This document shows positions 26,780-38,569 of a stretch of DNA of 64,000 bases, piece by piece. Each line of letters starts with the position of its first letter. Position 1 is the first letter of the stretch. The notes below the pieces were generated by a model, which did not search any database, had not been told where the DNA came from, and worked only from the letters and a program-made list of their open reading frames with translations. This DNA comes from Microbotryum violaceum. Its lineage: Eukaryota. The stretch spans positions 1,240,001 through 1,304,000 of the forward strand of contig CDLV01000006.1 of assembly GCA_001244265.2 (NCBI GenBank), in the 5' to 3' direction. The position numbers and the translations under genes are program-made.

Positions 26780-26864
26780 CGCGTTCATATTACTAATGTT
26801 AATGCAGCCATTTTATATTGCATGCCAGATGTTGTAGTATTTATCTAGCAAGTGTCTACCTCCG

Positions 26865-28152
26865 TTACCATCTTTGACCCGTAGCCGGATAGTTTGGATC
26901 GTTGGCATCCAAATCATCCGCAGCTGCCGCGCGTGCTCCGCTTCCTCAAGTCCTTGGAGACCGTTCCAATTCCTCTACTTCTTCTTCATCCTGTTCCTGA
27001 TCCTCGTCTTCTTCTTCTTCAGCTCGACCGTTTCCAAGGTCTCTCTTTGGGTTGGTCTGTTGGCTCCTGTTAGGATTGTGTTCGGTCTTCTTCTTCTTGT
27101 TTCTTGGCGGGCCCGGGCCTCTGACACCGCTGGCTGCAGGAGTCGAACGTTGGCCGCTTGAACCCACGTGGGGGCTCGTTTGTTGAGTCTCCTGCGACAA
27201 TTGTGGCGATCCTGCTCCTTGGCGCGCTCCTCGCTTCTTGGGCACTAGGGTCCTGTCCCTAGTTGCCAGCACTTCTTCCTCTTCGAGGTCGCTTGTGCCT
27301 GTATCTGAAGCCGAATAGACCGCGTCTTGGCTCTGAAGGAGTCATCACGGTCTCATCAGTGCATACCATCCAGTCCGATCTGGTTGAGAAGAAGGGGCTA
27401 ACTTTCCGACTGGGACCTTCACCATGCCTGCTGCGGAGTGTCGCTATGTCTGCTTTGGAGAGCTGACCTTTGATTCCCGCAAGCCGGCACACTTCGCGAT
27501 CGTACGCTAATTTCCAGGCGGACCGAATATTTGCCAAGACATCGATGACGAGTTCTTCATAGAGCCAGTCGCCGGATGTGACCGCAAGGAAATCAGCCCG
27601 TTCGCGAATCTGACCAAGTGCCAATGGAGGAGTAATTGGTCAGCACGCAAGCGAGCGCACAACAAGGTGACGACCGGGGGGGGGCTTCGTGTTACTTACA
27701 TACTTGACGATTTCTCGTTGCTTCAAAGAGGAGAGATTCCCCCACAAGACTGTGTTTGTGCTAATTTTTGGCAGAGATGAGTCTGAAGGCGTCCTTGAGA
27801 TCGTAGTTTTCGGGCAGGTCGTGGTTGGGGGACCACTCCTGGTTGATCTCCGCAAGCGGCCCATACAGCTGGACCGGGGTAGGTGTCCTGATCCCTGCCA
27901 CTACTAGTGCGTCCCGCACCACCGACTGGGTCGAGGAAGGTTACGAGTGGCACAGGGATGTCAGAGCTAGTCGGTAGTGGGGCTCTGCTCGCTGGACTTG
28001 CCGGCACTTACGCTAACCCAATTGTAATAGATTTTGTCAATTTGCCCGCGCTTGCAAGTATAATCACGCAAGCCCATATTGCCCTTGTCTTTTCGTGCGT
28101 ACATGCCGTCGGCATCAATGTATTTTCTGGCTGCAGTGGACCGATGCGGCAC
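26865..28152 (-). pseudogene. CACTA second gene (TnpA-like position), divergent from the transposase; product unknown
   Basis: Exon-like ORFs 27967-28152, 27640-27864, 27259-27624 and 26946-27272, separated by GT..AG introns. Acidic C-terminus. In-frame TGA at 26946 may be a premature stop. Confidence 0.5.
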
Positions 28153-28568
28153 ACGTCAGCGAAAATGTGGCTGACTTAGCCCGAACGAGACTCGGCCCAA
28201 GCTTGAGGCCTCCTGAGGCCTGAGCGCTTGGCCCGAACCAGCTGAGCCCAAACCTGAGCCCGAACCTGGCGAAGCAAATCCTTAAATCAGAACAAGTACT
28301 GCATGCTGAGCTCACCAGTGCCCTTCCCATTCCGTCTTTGGTTCTCTTTGTCCTTCTCTGATGCAGATCCTGCCATTGCGGCGCTCCCGTGTGGCAGTGG
28401 ATGAATGGTGGGTGGGAGAAGGACTGAACACGTGGGCGGAAGGAGGGAAAGAGAGAAACGAAGACGCGCGCGCAAACTGCACGACTGCGCCGACTGCGCC
28501 ACAATTTTTGCAAAGTGTTCTTCCGGATCCTCAACGGTGGTAAACGTGCACCGCTCGTTCGCTCCGCC

Positions 28569-31500
28569 ATGGCGGGCAACACAACCTCTCGCCCATGCCC
28601 TTGTTCCTGGTGCAAAGGGGCTTCAGTGTCAAAAGCGACCTTCTACCGCCATCACGCTCGACAACCTAATGGACCCCGCGCTACCGAAGAGGCTGCCATT
28701 CTCGAGGTACCGCGGCAGCCATCGATGCTTCTAGCACCGCCTGGTCCCCAGTCTCAATTATTCCAGCCCCCACGACCTACACCCAGTTGGTTCGCAACCC
28801 GCTCGCCACAAAAATATACCCAATCCGCAGAGCGAATCGTGTCGCGAAAGGCGTTCGTCGGTTCTTCGATGGGCGCTCAACTCAATGACTCGGCGCTTTC
28901 AAACGACACACAAGCCTATGGCAGCGTCTCGAGTAATATTTCGCACACCGATGCACCAAAATCACCATCGCTGCCCTACGAGAGCGAAGAATTCAGTATG
29001 AACATCAGCCCCGAGCTTCCCCAGATCCCTGAAGGCGATTACGATTTCGAGCGAGCTTCTTGGACGGGGGGGGGGGGGGGGGGGGGTCAATGGACAGTTT
29101 CGAAGGCCATGCACTGGAGTCGGACCAAGACGTACTTCGCCAGACACAACTGTTTGAAATGACTTCCGCTTTGGAGACGACATCCCCCGCCCTGCAGCCC
29201 CTCGACAATTACAGTTCGAGCTCGCTCCCATTCGACGACGACGATCCACTTGTCGTCGAGGAACTTTGGGGAGCGGATCAACGGTTGGATGCCAATGGTG
29301 TCTACAACACACCCACCACATCCCGATTGTCCAGCTCCCAGGAGCGCGCAGTGGCAGAGGAGGAAGTTCGCCAAGAGATCGAGTTGGGTGAGATTCATAT
29401 CATAAATTGAATGTTGCTAGTGAGTAGGCGAGTGCTGCGTCCCTGATGTGAACCTCTGCTCCACTGCCTTCAGCCAAGGCTCTCCCGTACTACGACGTGG
29501 ACACACTGTACGACTTTTCTTTTCGACATATGTACAACATGACGCGCCAGGCGAGCAAAATCTGGGAGGTACTTGGGAGTCGGCCTAGTTTGCAGAAAGT
29601 ACGTGCTCGAGTGTTTGCATTGACAGGTAAGTAGTCGGGCTGCATTCCATTCTTGATCTTGAAAGCGCAGTGTTCGCTGACAGTTCGTCGATTTAGGCTT
29701 GAAGCCTGTTCGGATACCCTGCTGCGTCAAGACCTGTGTTGCTTTCACTGGGCCGAGAGAAGCATTGACACGTTGTCCAGTATGCAATTCGCCGAAACTG
29801 GATCAAAATGGCCATCCTCAAAATACATTTCTGTACCTGTCGCCCGACGTGTACTTAAACATCTACCTGCGCGATCGAGTGTACGCCTCCTTGATGCGTT
29901 ATCGATCCGACTTTGAGCGCAATCGAGATCCTCAAGAGGTCGTGGACTTATCTGACGGTGATCGTTATCGCGAGAAGCTGGATCAGAACATATCATGGAC
30001 GAACCCACCTATCGCAGGTGCATCCCAACCGACCGTCTCTACAATCAACGTCAAGTATTATGAGAACGATGTCGACGTCGCGTTCGGGCTGTTCACCGAT
30101 GGCATTCAACTATTCAACAAGACTCAGAGCGAATGCTGGCCAATCATGATGATCAATTACAACCTACCGCCAGAGATACGTTACAAGAAGAAGCATCTCA
30201 TGATTGTCGGCATCATACCCGGCCCCAAGGGCCCCAAAGACATTGATTCATTTCTTCATCCCCTCTACGAAGATGCTCGAGCATCGGCTAGAAACGGACA
30301 CATGGTCTTTGACGGTGTTACAGAGGTGTGTAATAGCGTCGCCGAGTTAAGTCCTGCGTATCCTCCGCCCCGTGGAGACTGATGCACATTGCCGCATTGC
30401 AGACCATGGTGCGACAGCGATGGTTCATACACGTGATTGGAGGCGACGTACCTGCTCTCTCAAAGATGCTTGGTTTCAAGGGTCCAACCGCCAAATGGCC
30501 TTGCCGAGTCTGCCTCATTCAAGGAGTTCCATGCGCTGCTGCCCACAATCACAACTACTACCCCCTCAAGATGCCTCTCGACTCATCGCATGCGAACCGA
30601 TCTGATCTGACCGCTTTGGATCTTCCCATGCGTTCGGAAGCAACGATCCGCGAAGCGGCATCGGAAAAAAATCCTACATTCGGCCTCAGCAAGCTGAGCT
30701 CGGCGGCGCACCTTCCTGGATTTTCGCTTCATCAAGACGGACCTTCGGACTTCATGCACGCTGTCTTCGAGAACGTCGCTCGAAAGCTCTTCAATATGTG
30801 GCATGGTGACTTGGCGGCTCAGAAATCAAAGGGTTACAAGACCCAGGCGCCACAAGCTCAGAGAGGCAGATCCGCGCAAGGAAAGGTGACATCGGCGGCT
30901 AGTGCAGAAGCAACGACGTCCGCGGCCGCAGTAGACGAAGCGCTTGGGACCGACTTACCTGACTAGGTGATACCAAACAAAATATGGGAGGTCATTGGCC
31001 AGGAAATCACCAACGGCGAAAAGACAATACCCAGCCTATTCGCTTGAAAGATGCCCAACATCCACCTACAGACTGGAGCAATGACTGCAGAGGATTGGTC
31101 GAACTGGATTCTCTATGTTGGCCCCTGTGTTCTTCATGATCGACTGCCCGCCAAATATTTCGCACATTTCCTGGCGCTTCGGAGGTGGGTTAAAGATTGC
31201 ATGGCTATGACAATCAACAAGGAGGATGTAGCCAAGGATGGCGCTCTTCGACGTGACATAGCCTCCTGGTGTACCGAGTTTGAATCGTAAGCCCTCACGG
31301 TGCCACTCTTCCCTGAAGGACCTTAGTCATCTGACCCTAATCTGCCTTGTTTACCTCGGCTTCAGATTATATTACTCAGGGAAATCAGCTCACTTGATCA
31401 ATCTGCCGCACTCGGTTCATGCGGTCTTACACATAGCCGGTTTCATCGAATGGCATGGGCCACCTGCCATGACTTGGTGCTTTGCCATGGAGCGGCTCAA

Positions 31501-32835
31501 CCAAACGGTCAAGCGTGTCGCAAGCAAGGCTCATCGTCTACCATATGAAGCAGTGAATCGTTTTCAATAATGCTCTGCCCAAGGAATTCGAGTTGATTGC
31601 GATGTAAAATATCTGACCACTTCTCTGTAACCCATGCAGATGTGTGTGCGGATGCTGCCTTGCAAATGGCGTGTTCGCGCTTTCCTCGCTTCTCTTATCC
31701 CATCACTGTACCGGCACTGATGAAGCATCAGCAGGACAAGCAGATGGAGCTCGAGCAGATGCAACGGTCACGGGGGTTGTTCATGAACGCAACGGGAGAT
31801 CAAATGCGCGGTTCGTCCGCGGCCGCATCACGACAAGCTTCGAGTGAAAATGGGGACTCGGGGGCCGAAGCTTTGGGTCTTTTGATTGAAGATCTCGGTA
31901 TTTAAAGTTAGATTACGGACGGCGCAGTGACAAGCTGAAGCAGGGACCGGATATCAACGATGTAATGCGAGTTGCAATTCATTGCACGCGGATTGTTTGG
32001 TCAGCTGGCCCCTGTGGTCTTCAAGCGAAAGGTGCGTATTCACATTTGGTTCAGATCCATCCGGCATTTCGAATTGCTAATCTGCGGCTCACTGCCGCAT
32101 AGGTTGACGCAATCAGGACATCAATTTTGAGCCTGTCGATCAATTCTTTTGAAGGCTACCGCATGGACTCTGGACGGGACCGGATTGCGGCGGCGGAGCG
32201 ACTGTCAAAGCATGCAAGAGTTTCTGCAGACACACGGGATGCTTCATGGATCTCAGTAAGTTATAGTACCAGGTTACGATTACAGTTACGCTGAGGAAGC
32301 ATTTTCAGTACGATCTATTGATAGACAGTAGTCGACGTCGTGCAAGAGACAACTCTCAGGCGTTCCCTCGTGAAGGCGAAGGAGCCGATCGTGTCAAACA
32401 TTTTGGTCAACTTTTGGCGATTTATGAGTTCCGATATGGGGAGCAGGTGCGCGCATTCGCACTTGGTTGTGCCAGGCGGCCTTACGACCCTGACACATTC
32501 CTCTCGCTTCATAGAACTTCCTGCTTGGGAAGGTACGGTCGCTTGGTTTGAGCCACTTGCAACCTGTCGACACGGTCGAACGGGCCCCGATTGCCAAGCC
32601 GACGCCAAAGCGGCAAAAGAGGAAGGCTTTGTCTGTTGTAGGAGGGCACAAGCGTCAGAATTTGTTCTTCACTCAAGGTAAACGTGCTTCAGGAGCGGTC
32701 GAGATTGTGGATCTGCGGTGCATCCTGGGCTCAGCTGGTCGCATACATCGGAGGGTTGGTCGAGAGGAGTCCCGGGAGTACATCTTTGACCGGATGGATG
32801 ACGAAGCTCGGCCCAATTTTCTGAACCTGGAATAA
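28569..32835 (+). pseudogene. CACTA transposase (Transposase_21/Tnp2 family), disrupted
   Basis: N-terminal CPCSWC..FYRH; CCVKTCVAFTG..CPVC; FTDGIQLF..CWPIMMINYNLPPEIRY..GIIPGPKGPKDIDSFLHPL; GDVPA..GFKG..PCRVC; DFMHAVFEN; WCFAMER. In-frame stops at 30964 and 31045. Frame break at G21 (29066-29086). Confidence 0.9.
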
Positions 32836-33026
32836 TACACTGGCTTCCTTCACTCGTCTGTTTCATCCACTGCCAGAGGCAAGAGTGTTACAGAGAAGTT
32901 CTAGACATCCGAGTGGTGGTATTGCGGTGGTAACAACCCAGACCCGGTAGTAACTACGCTGCACGTACAGAAGAAACCCGGAGGCCGGGGGAATAACCAT
33001 CCACGCAGATATCACCCATGTCAAAG

Positions 33027-33248
33027 TTAATACCCGGCTGGGGGGTATTACCACGCGCCTGGTTATTACCCCTTCAGCTGGGTATTACCCCCGTTCAGCT
33101 GGGTATTAACCCCGTTCAGCTGGGTATTAACCCCCAGCCGGGTATTACCCCTCAACTGGGTATTACCCGTAAGCTGGGTATTACCCAGGCGCGCTCGGGA
33201 CAATACCCAGGTGAGACCTGGGTAATACCCTTCAGAATGGGTATTACC
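33027..33248. repeat. Right subterminal (CAGCT)GGGTATTACCC array
   Basis: More than 10 copies at ~18-21-bp spacing, mirroring the left array. Confidence 0.9.
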
Positions 33249-34590
33249 GGAATTAACCGACCCTCAGTGACGGGCGGAATCAAGATCAGGCCCGTCACTG
33301 AGTCGCTGCCAGTGAATCAGTGACCGTCCCCTACGATGGCCGCAATGCTACTCAACGTGAGGCCTTGGCCTACGAGAGTTGTCGATAATATCATTCATGC
33401 GGCTGGTCTGGACAGGGGCTCCGCCGCTCCGGACCTGGTGCGACCCGGCCTGAAAGAGCGACGTGGCGGTCTCAGAACGTCATGATCGCGAAAACACAGG
33501 ATCTTGCGCCGATCCCCGCCTTGGGCCAAAAATACCGATCGATTCTTTTTACGGAATTTATCAAGATCCGAGAGATTGCAGCGACTCTGCAGACCAGTCG
33601 TTGCATTTGTCTAGTCTGCATGTTCCTTTTCAGATGGGCCCAGTTGTCGGACTACCTACCTCCTGACCGATCATAAGCACGCTTCCCGGTCGAGCCATTT
33701 GCCGGAGCAGGAGCACTGGCGCAGGGAGAGGTCGCTGTGCGCAGCAGCGGCGCGACCGCCGGCCCGCCGGTGTTTAGAGCCTGAATTGCTGAACGCAATT
33801 ATACGAGCTGCACAGCCTCAATCCAAGTAGAGGGGTCTGTTGTTTCATTCTTTCAACATCATTCCGCCTTGTCAGACCCGTGATTCGGAGGAAAGTTATG
33901 CCCCGCAGCAACGCATGCATACCCGCAGATCAGCGGCACGGACCGCCTGTGACAAAAACGGCACAGGCACCCCGCGGTAAGGTGGGTGCGTGGGTGCCCA
34001 CGGAAAGATAGGACAAAAAGATGACGATACTTCGTATGGGTGATCGCCACCCCAGGTGTGACCCCGCTTCCACCGGGCGGCCTCGATGTGCCCTCGCTCC
34101 CCCGGGATTTGCACCAGCTTTTTGAGGGTTGCAGCTCCGCGAATGATTGACGGCGCATCGTCGTCATCGACGTGACGTTAGTCCGCAAGCTTGGGCAAAA
34201 GGCGTTGGCCACGGCCCGCCTACTGCCCTGCCCGCCTTCAGCAGCTTGCGCCCGCCTACAAATCCGAACAACGATAGCGCGCGCTACGCTCACTACTCCT
34301 TTCCATCGTCCCTATCCGACCCCCTTCCACGTCACCAATTAAACCGAAGAGGATTCTGACAGCATCGAACTCAGCTTGCCACCTGCGAGCGAGTGCTCGC
34401 TGCCCTGCCTGTACCTCCTTCAGACCTGCCTCCGCAGCTCCGCCTCGTGCGCGACGTCCCTGCACGGTCGCTCGACGGCGCGCGTCGCCGGCGCCGCCCA
34501 GATCGCTACTAACTGTCGGGTAGCGGTCGGCGTCAATCTGACTGCGCGATCGGTGGCTCCCGCACCCACACGCGCTCGCTCAAACCCGGC

Positions 34591-37289
34591 ATGGTCGGAG
34601 CCAAGCCCTCTAGATGGCGACGGGCACTGTGCGTGTTCGTGACGTTGCTCGCGCTGTTCTTGCTCGGGACGGTGGTGGTGTTGACGACCGTGGTCGAGTA
34701 CTTTGGCGTCGACTGGCGCGATGTGATAACCGAACCCGAGATGCTCCTCTACGAACGCTTGGCCCGAGAAGCCGCTGCCACGCAGGCCGTTCTCGCCAAC
34801 AGCGGCGCTGCTCAACACCAAGCCAAGGGTAGTGCTCAGGCCGTCGTCAAGTCCAAGCTTGCCTTCGACGATGACATCAGTGCCGAAGACGACGAACCGT
34901 CGGTGGTACGACTTGTCGAGGGAGCCGACAGCCAGCCCGAAGCCCTGGCCTCAATCGCGCGCAGCGACAACGGTGACGGTGCGCTGCCCGATCGACGGTC
35001 CCTCAACGCCGAGGCGTCCCATCCGTTGGCTCGACACGAACTCGCAACTCCGACCACGAGCACGGCAGCAGCTGAAGCCAGCTTGGCCGCTGCGGTCGGC
35101 GACTTTGAACGTTCGCTCAAGACCAAGCCAACGCCGCGGATACCACGCATCATCCATGCGACTTGGAAGACGGACGTCGTCCCCCAGCGGTGGCTCGCAG
35201 CGCGACAAGGTTGTATGGATATGCACCCGGACTAGTGAGTTACTCTGTCCAGCGTTACCCACCCTGCCCATATGCTAAAGACCGTGCGTCCACCTGCACT
35301 CGCCCTGGCCTTTGCCCACCACAGCGAGTTCAAGCTTTGGTCCGATGCGGCTTCGCGCGAGTTCATCGCGACTCACTACGCGTGGTTCCTTGCGGCCTTC
35401 GATGGCTACACCTACCCGATCCAACGCGCCGATGCAATCCGCTACTTTGTGCTGCACCGTTTTGGTGGCATCTACATGGATCTCGACGTCGGCTGCAAGC
35501 GCCCCCTCGATCCTCTGCTGTACTACCAGGTGGTTCTCCCCGCGACGATCCCCGTCGGTGTATCGAACGACATCATGTTCTCCGAAAAGGGCCACCCCTT
35601 CATGGACAACGTCATCCGCAATCTCCTCACCTTCAACCACCAATACGGCACCAACTACCCCACTGTTATGTTTTCCACCGGCCCCATGTTTCTTTCGGCG
35701 CAGTACGGGCTGTGGCCGAAGGAAGACCTCACTCTGGCCGAGCGCCAAGTTCGAGTTCTTCCGCGAAGGTGGTACGGGAAAAATGCTCCCGCGAACGAGA
35801 TAGGGGATTCGTTCTTTGAGCACTTCTATGGGTCGTCGTGGCACGCGTGAGTTTGCTCGGAGCCGACCGCCGCGGGTCGTCCTCGGCGATCATAACTTCT
35901 GGAAAGCTGACCGCGCTACTTGCCTACTGCAGTGATGACGCTGGTTTCATCACCTTCCTCGGCAAGTTTGGAATGCTCTTGATGTACCTCGGCGCGACGA
36001 TCGTCGTTTGGGGGGTCGGTCGCATGATGTGGGGAAAGCGCTTCGGGATGAAGAAGCCGGTTCCGAAATCCGGACGCACGCCCGGTCCAATCGCCTTACC
36101 GCTACATCTTGACGGTTCAAGCTTTTCGCTTGCCCGGCCCAGTACACCGGGCAGTGCTCGACCCGACAGCCCCCTTGGTGGTTCGAGAAGCGGATCACCG
36201 AGCAGCTCGCGCCGCCCTTCCGAAATCGGCCCTCAGGGCAGTCGTGGCGTGCTGTACTACCTCCCCGTCTGGCTCATGCCCCAGGATGCTGGATCAAGAA
36301 CGTCGACACCGACAACAGCGGGTCCTGGAACATGGTCACAACTCTTCTATAGCGACGACGAGGAGGCAAACCGGTACAGCCCCATCCCTTCGTACTCGCG
36401 ACCGCCCTCGCCCTCGAACAACTCGATCCTTCACGCACCAGGGTCGATGCACGACGGCGCCTTCAACGGTACCCCACTATCGATGATGCACGCCAACGAT
36501 GAATCGGCGCGTTCGAGTGAGGTCTTCCACCGGGCCTCCCTCGGTTCTGCCTCCTCAGCGCCGCCGCCCGACTACTCGAACTCAAAGGGATGGTCCAGTT
36601 TTTTTCGGTCCCCTCGCGCGTCGTTTCTCCCCCTCACTGGCCAACAACAGCAACACAATTCAGAAGCATGCACTAACGGCTCTGCCCATGCAATCGCTGC
36701 CGCCGCGATTCCCGAATCCTTCGTGCCCGAGCACCCCGCCGGGGGCACGCTCTCACCTCTCTACACGGCCTCTTTCACTGGCCCGTTCTCCAGCCCCACG
36801 GGCACACCCCAATCAACATCGCCGTCGTCCAAGCACGCCGCCGAACAAGGGGACGTTCAACTCGGCAGAGAATGTCGTCCCACAAGTGATTCGTCCGCGA
36901 CGACATTCACTACGGGGAGCGGAGAGCTACAAGGGCGAGGAATGGTCCGGTCAAATTCGGGAGGCATCTCACTCGGGAACAGCGGCGTCGCAACCGTCGA
37001 CGGAAGGCCAACAACCACCACGTCGCTTGAGGCGGCGAACGCTGCAAGGGCCGCAGAAGCCGCCGACGCTCAATTTGCCGATAGCAGCGACGACCACCAG
37101 CAGCACCAGCACCAGCACCAGCACCCGCAACCGCCGCAGCAACAGCAAGCCTTCACCGTCACCCCCACCCGGGTTGGTGCCCTCGAGTCCGAATCGGATC
37201 TTGTAGGCCCCGATGTCGACCGCGAAGTGCACCGACTGCTTCATGATATGACGCCTGACTTGGCCAGGCCCCGCGCGAGGGACAATTAG
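34591..37289 (+). CDS. SUR1: Mannosyl phosphorylinositol ceramide synthase (GT32, SUR1/CSH1 family)
   Basis: N-terminal TM; RIPRIIHATWK, YPIQRADAIRYFVL..GGIYMDLDVGC (DxD), GVSND, NYPTVMFSTGPMFLS, GSSWH; second TM; long disordered tail. Confidence 0.92.
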
Positions 37290-38569
37290 AAAGCCCCAAA
37301 AAGGTCGACAATCTTACGGAGCGCGTCGGTGTATCCTCATCCCGAGGATCATCGGACGCGGAGGGTTCAGTCTTCCATCTTTCTAAATCAGCTCCCCTAC
37401 ACCAACTCCCCCTCTCTCCCCCTCCTCTCTCTTTCTCTCGCCTCTGCCACGGCACCTTACCTCCGCCTCCACTACCCGCCCCTCCTCGCCCACCATCAGC
37501 TCTATTATCTTGGTTAATACCTACAACGGGTAATGCTTCTATGTCTTCCTCGTTTTTTTGTGTGGCTCTGCTCTGCCTGATCTCTTTGCATCCTTCTGCC
37601 CCTGATGGCGCTGCTTACGTTGACGGAAGGTCACTCGTTTTATCTTTCTTTTCTGTTGAAGAACGAGGGGTTTCGAGGGTTGAGGTGGGATAGCCATTCA
37701 TTGTGTTTGTGTTCTTTGAGCTTTGTGTGGCACGTAAAGTGGCCTGTAACAACTACCGAAAGAACGTAACATCTTGTGGCATATGAGAGTGAAGTATTCA
37801 TCGCCCTTCGGAAAGGAAGAAAATAGTCTATAACGTGGGAAAGATGCTTCCCATGCGAGCCTTCAGATATTCAGATGTCGCCCTGGCAGGAGATGGACTA
37901 GTCCCTAGGGTTTCCTGGTGGAGTAGTGAGACTGACATCAGGTCTTGCGAGCCTTTGATCGCGGCATACAAGCGATCGATGCGTAGGCAGCTCTAGATAC
38001 TTACGGTAAGAGTAACGAAGGCGACGTGCTGCAATTGTGAATTTCTCAGACGTGTCTTTGTGGCCGCCCGATGGCGCCAGCATTGCTCGTCCGAGGCCCC
38101 TCTTGAGCGAGTGAAACTCCGGCCTTAGACGTGGCGGCAATCCGACAAAAAACCCCCAGCCAATGAGGCCGGCGGCGCGGCGGCGACTCGGGGTTTTAAA
38201 TCACGTAGTCTAGGTTTGGGAGTCTTGAAACCACGCTACCAGAGCATGAGTAATCTTGAGGAAAACGTGTGGTGGTATTACAGAGGCGGCCCATGCTGTG
38301 GTTTGGGTCAGGCCTGCAGTGACTTGTTTACTATATGACGCTCGGGATGAGACGCGTGACCTGGACGGTCGAGCGCGGAAATCTGCAGCTCAGAGCTTGG
38401 AGCTCCGGCCGAACAGCTTGTTTGACGCCTTATAGAGCTTGGGCCCGCTGCACGCGTCTCCTGCCTCTTCACCATCCCCATCAGGGCTTCAACACAGGGT
38501 GTACGCAGTTCGAGTCGACAGATCAAGCGAGGAAGGTACCTCAGTGATTCAAATCGCTCATCGCACAAG

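Larger units (their letters stand above)
26427..33269 (+). mobile_element. EnSpm/CACTA (CMC) DNA transposon, CACTG-type; full-length but decayed
   Basis: Ends CACTGAG (26427) and CTCAGTG (33269). 3-bp TSD ACG at 26424-26426 and 33270-33272. GGGTATTACCC subterminal arrays at both ends. Internal Tnp2/Transposase_21-type gene. Confidence 0.95.

Noticed and set aside
37998-38012. ATACTTAC as the 5' end of U1 snRNA
   Set aside because: It continues GGTAAG rather than CTGG, and no recognisable U1 stem-loops follow.
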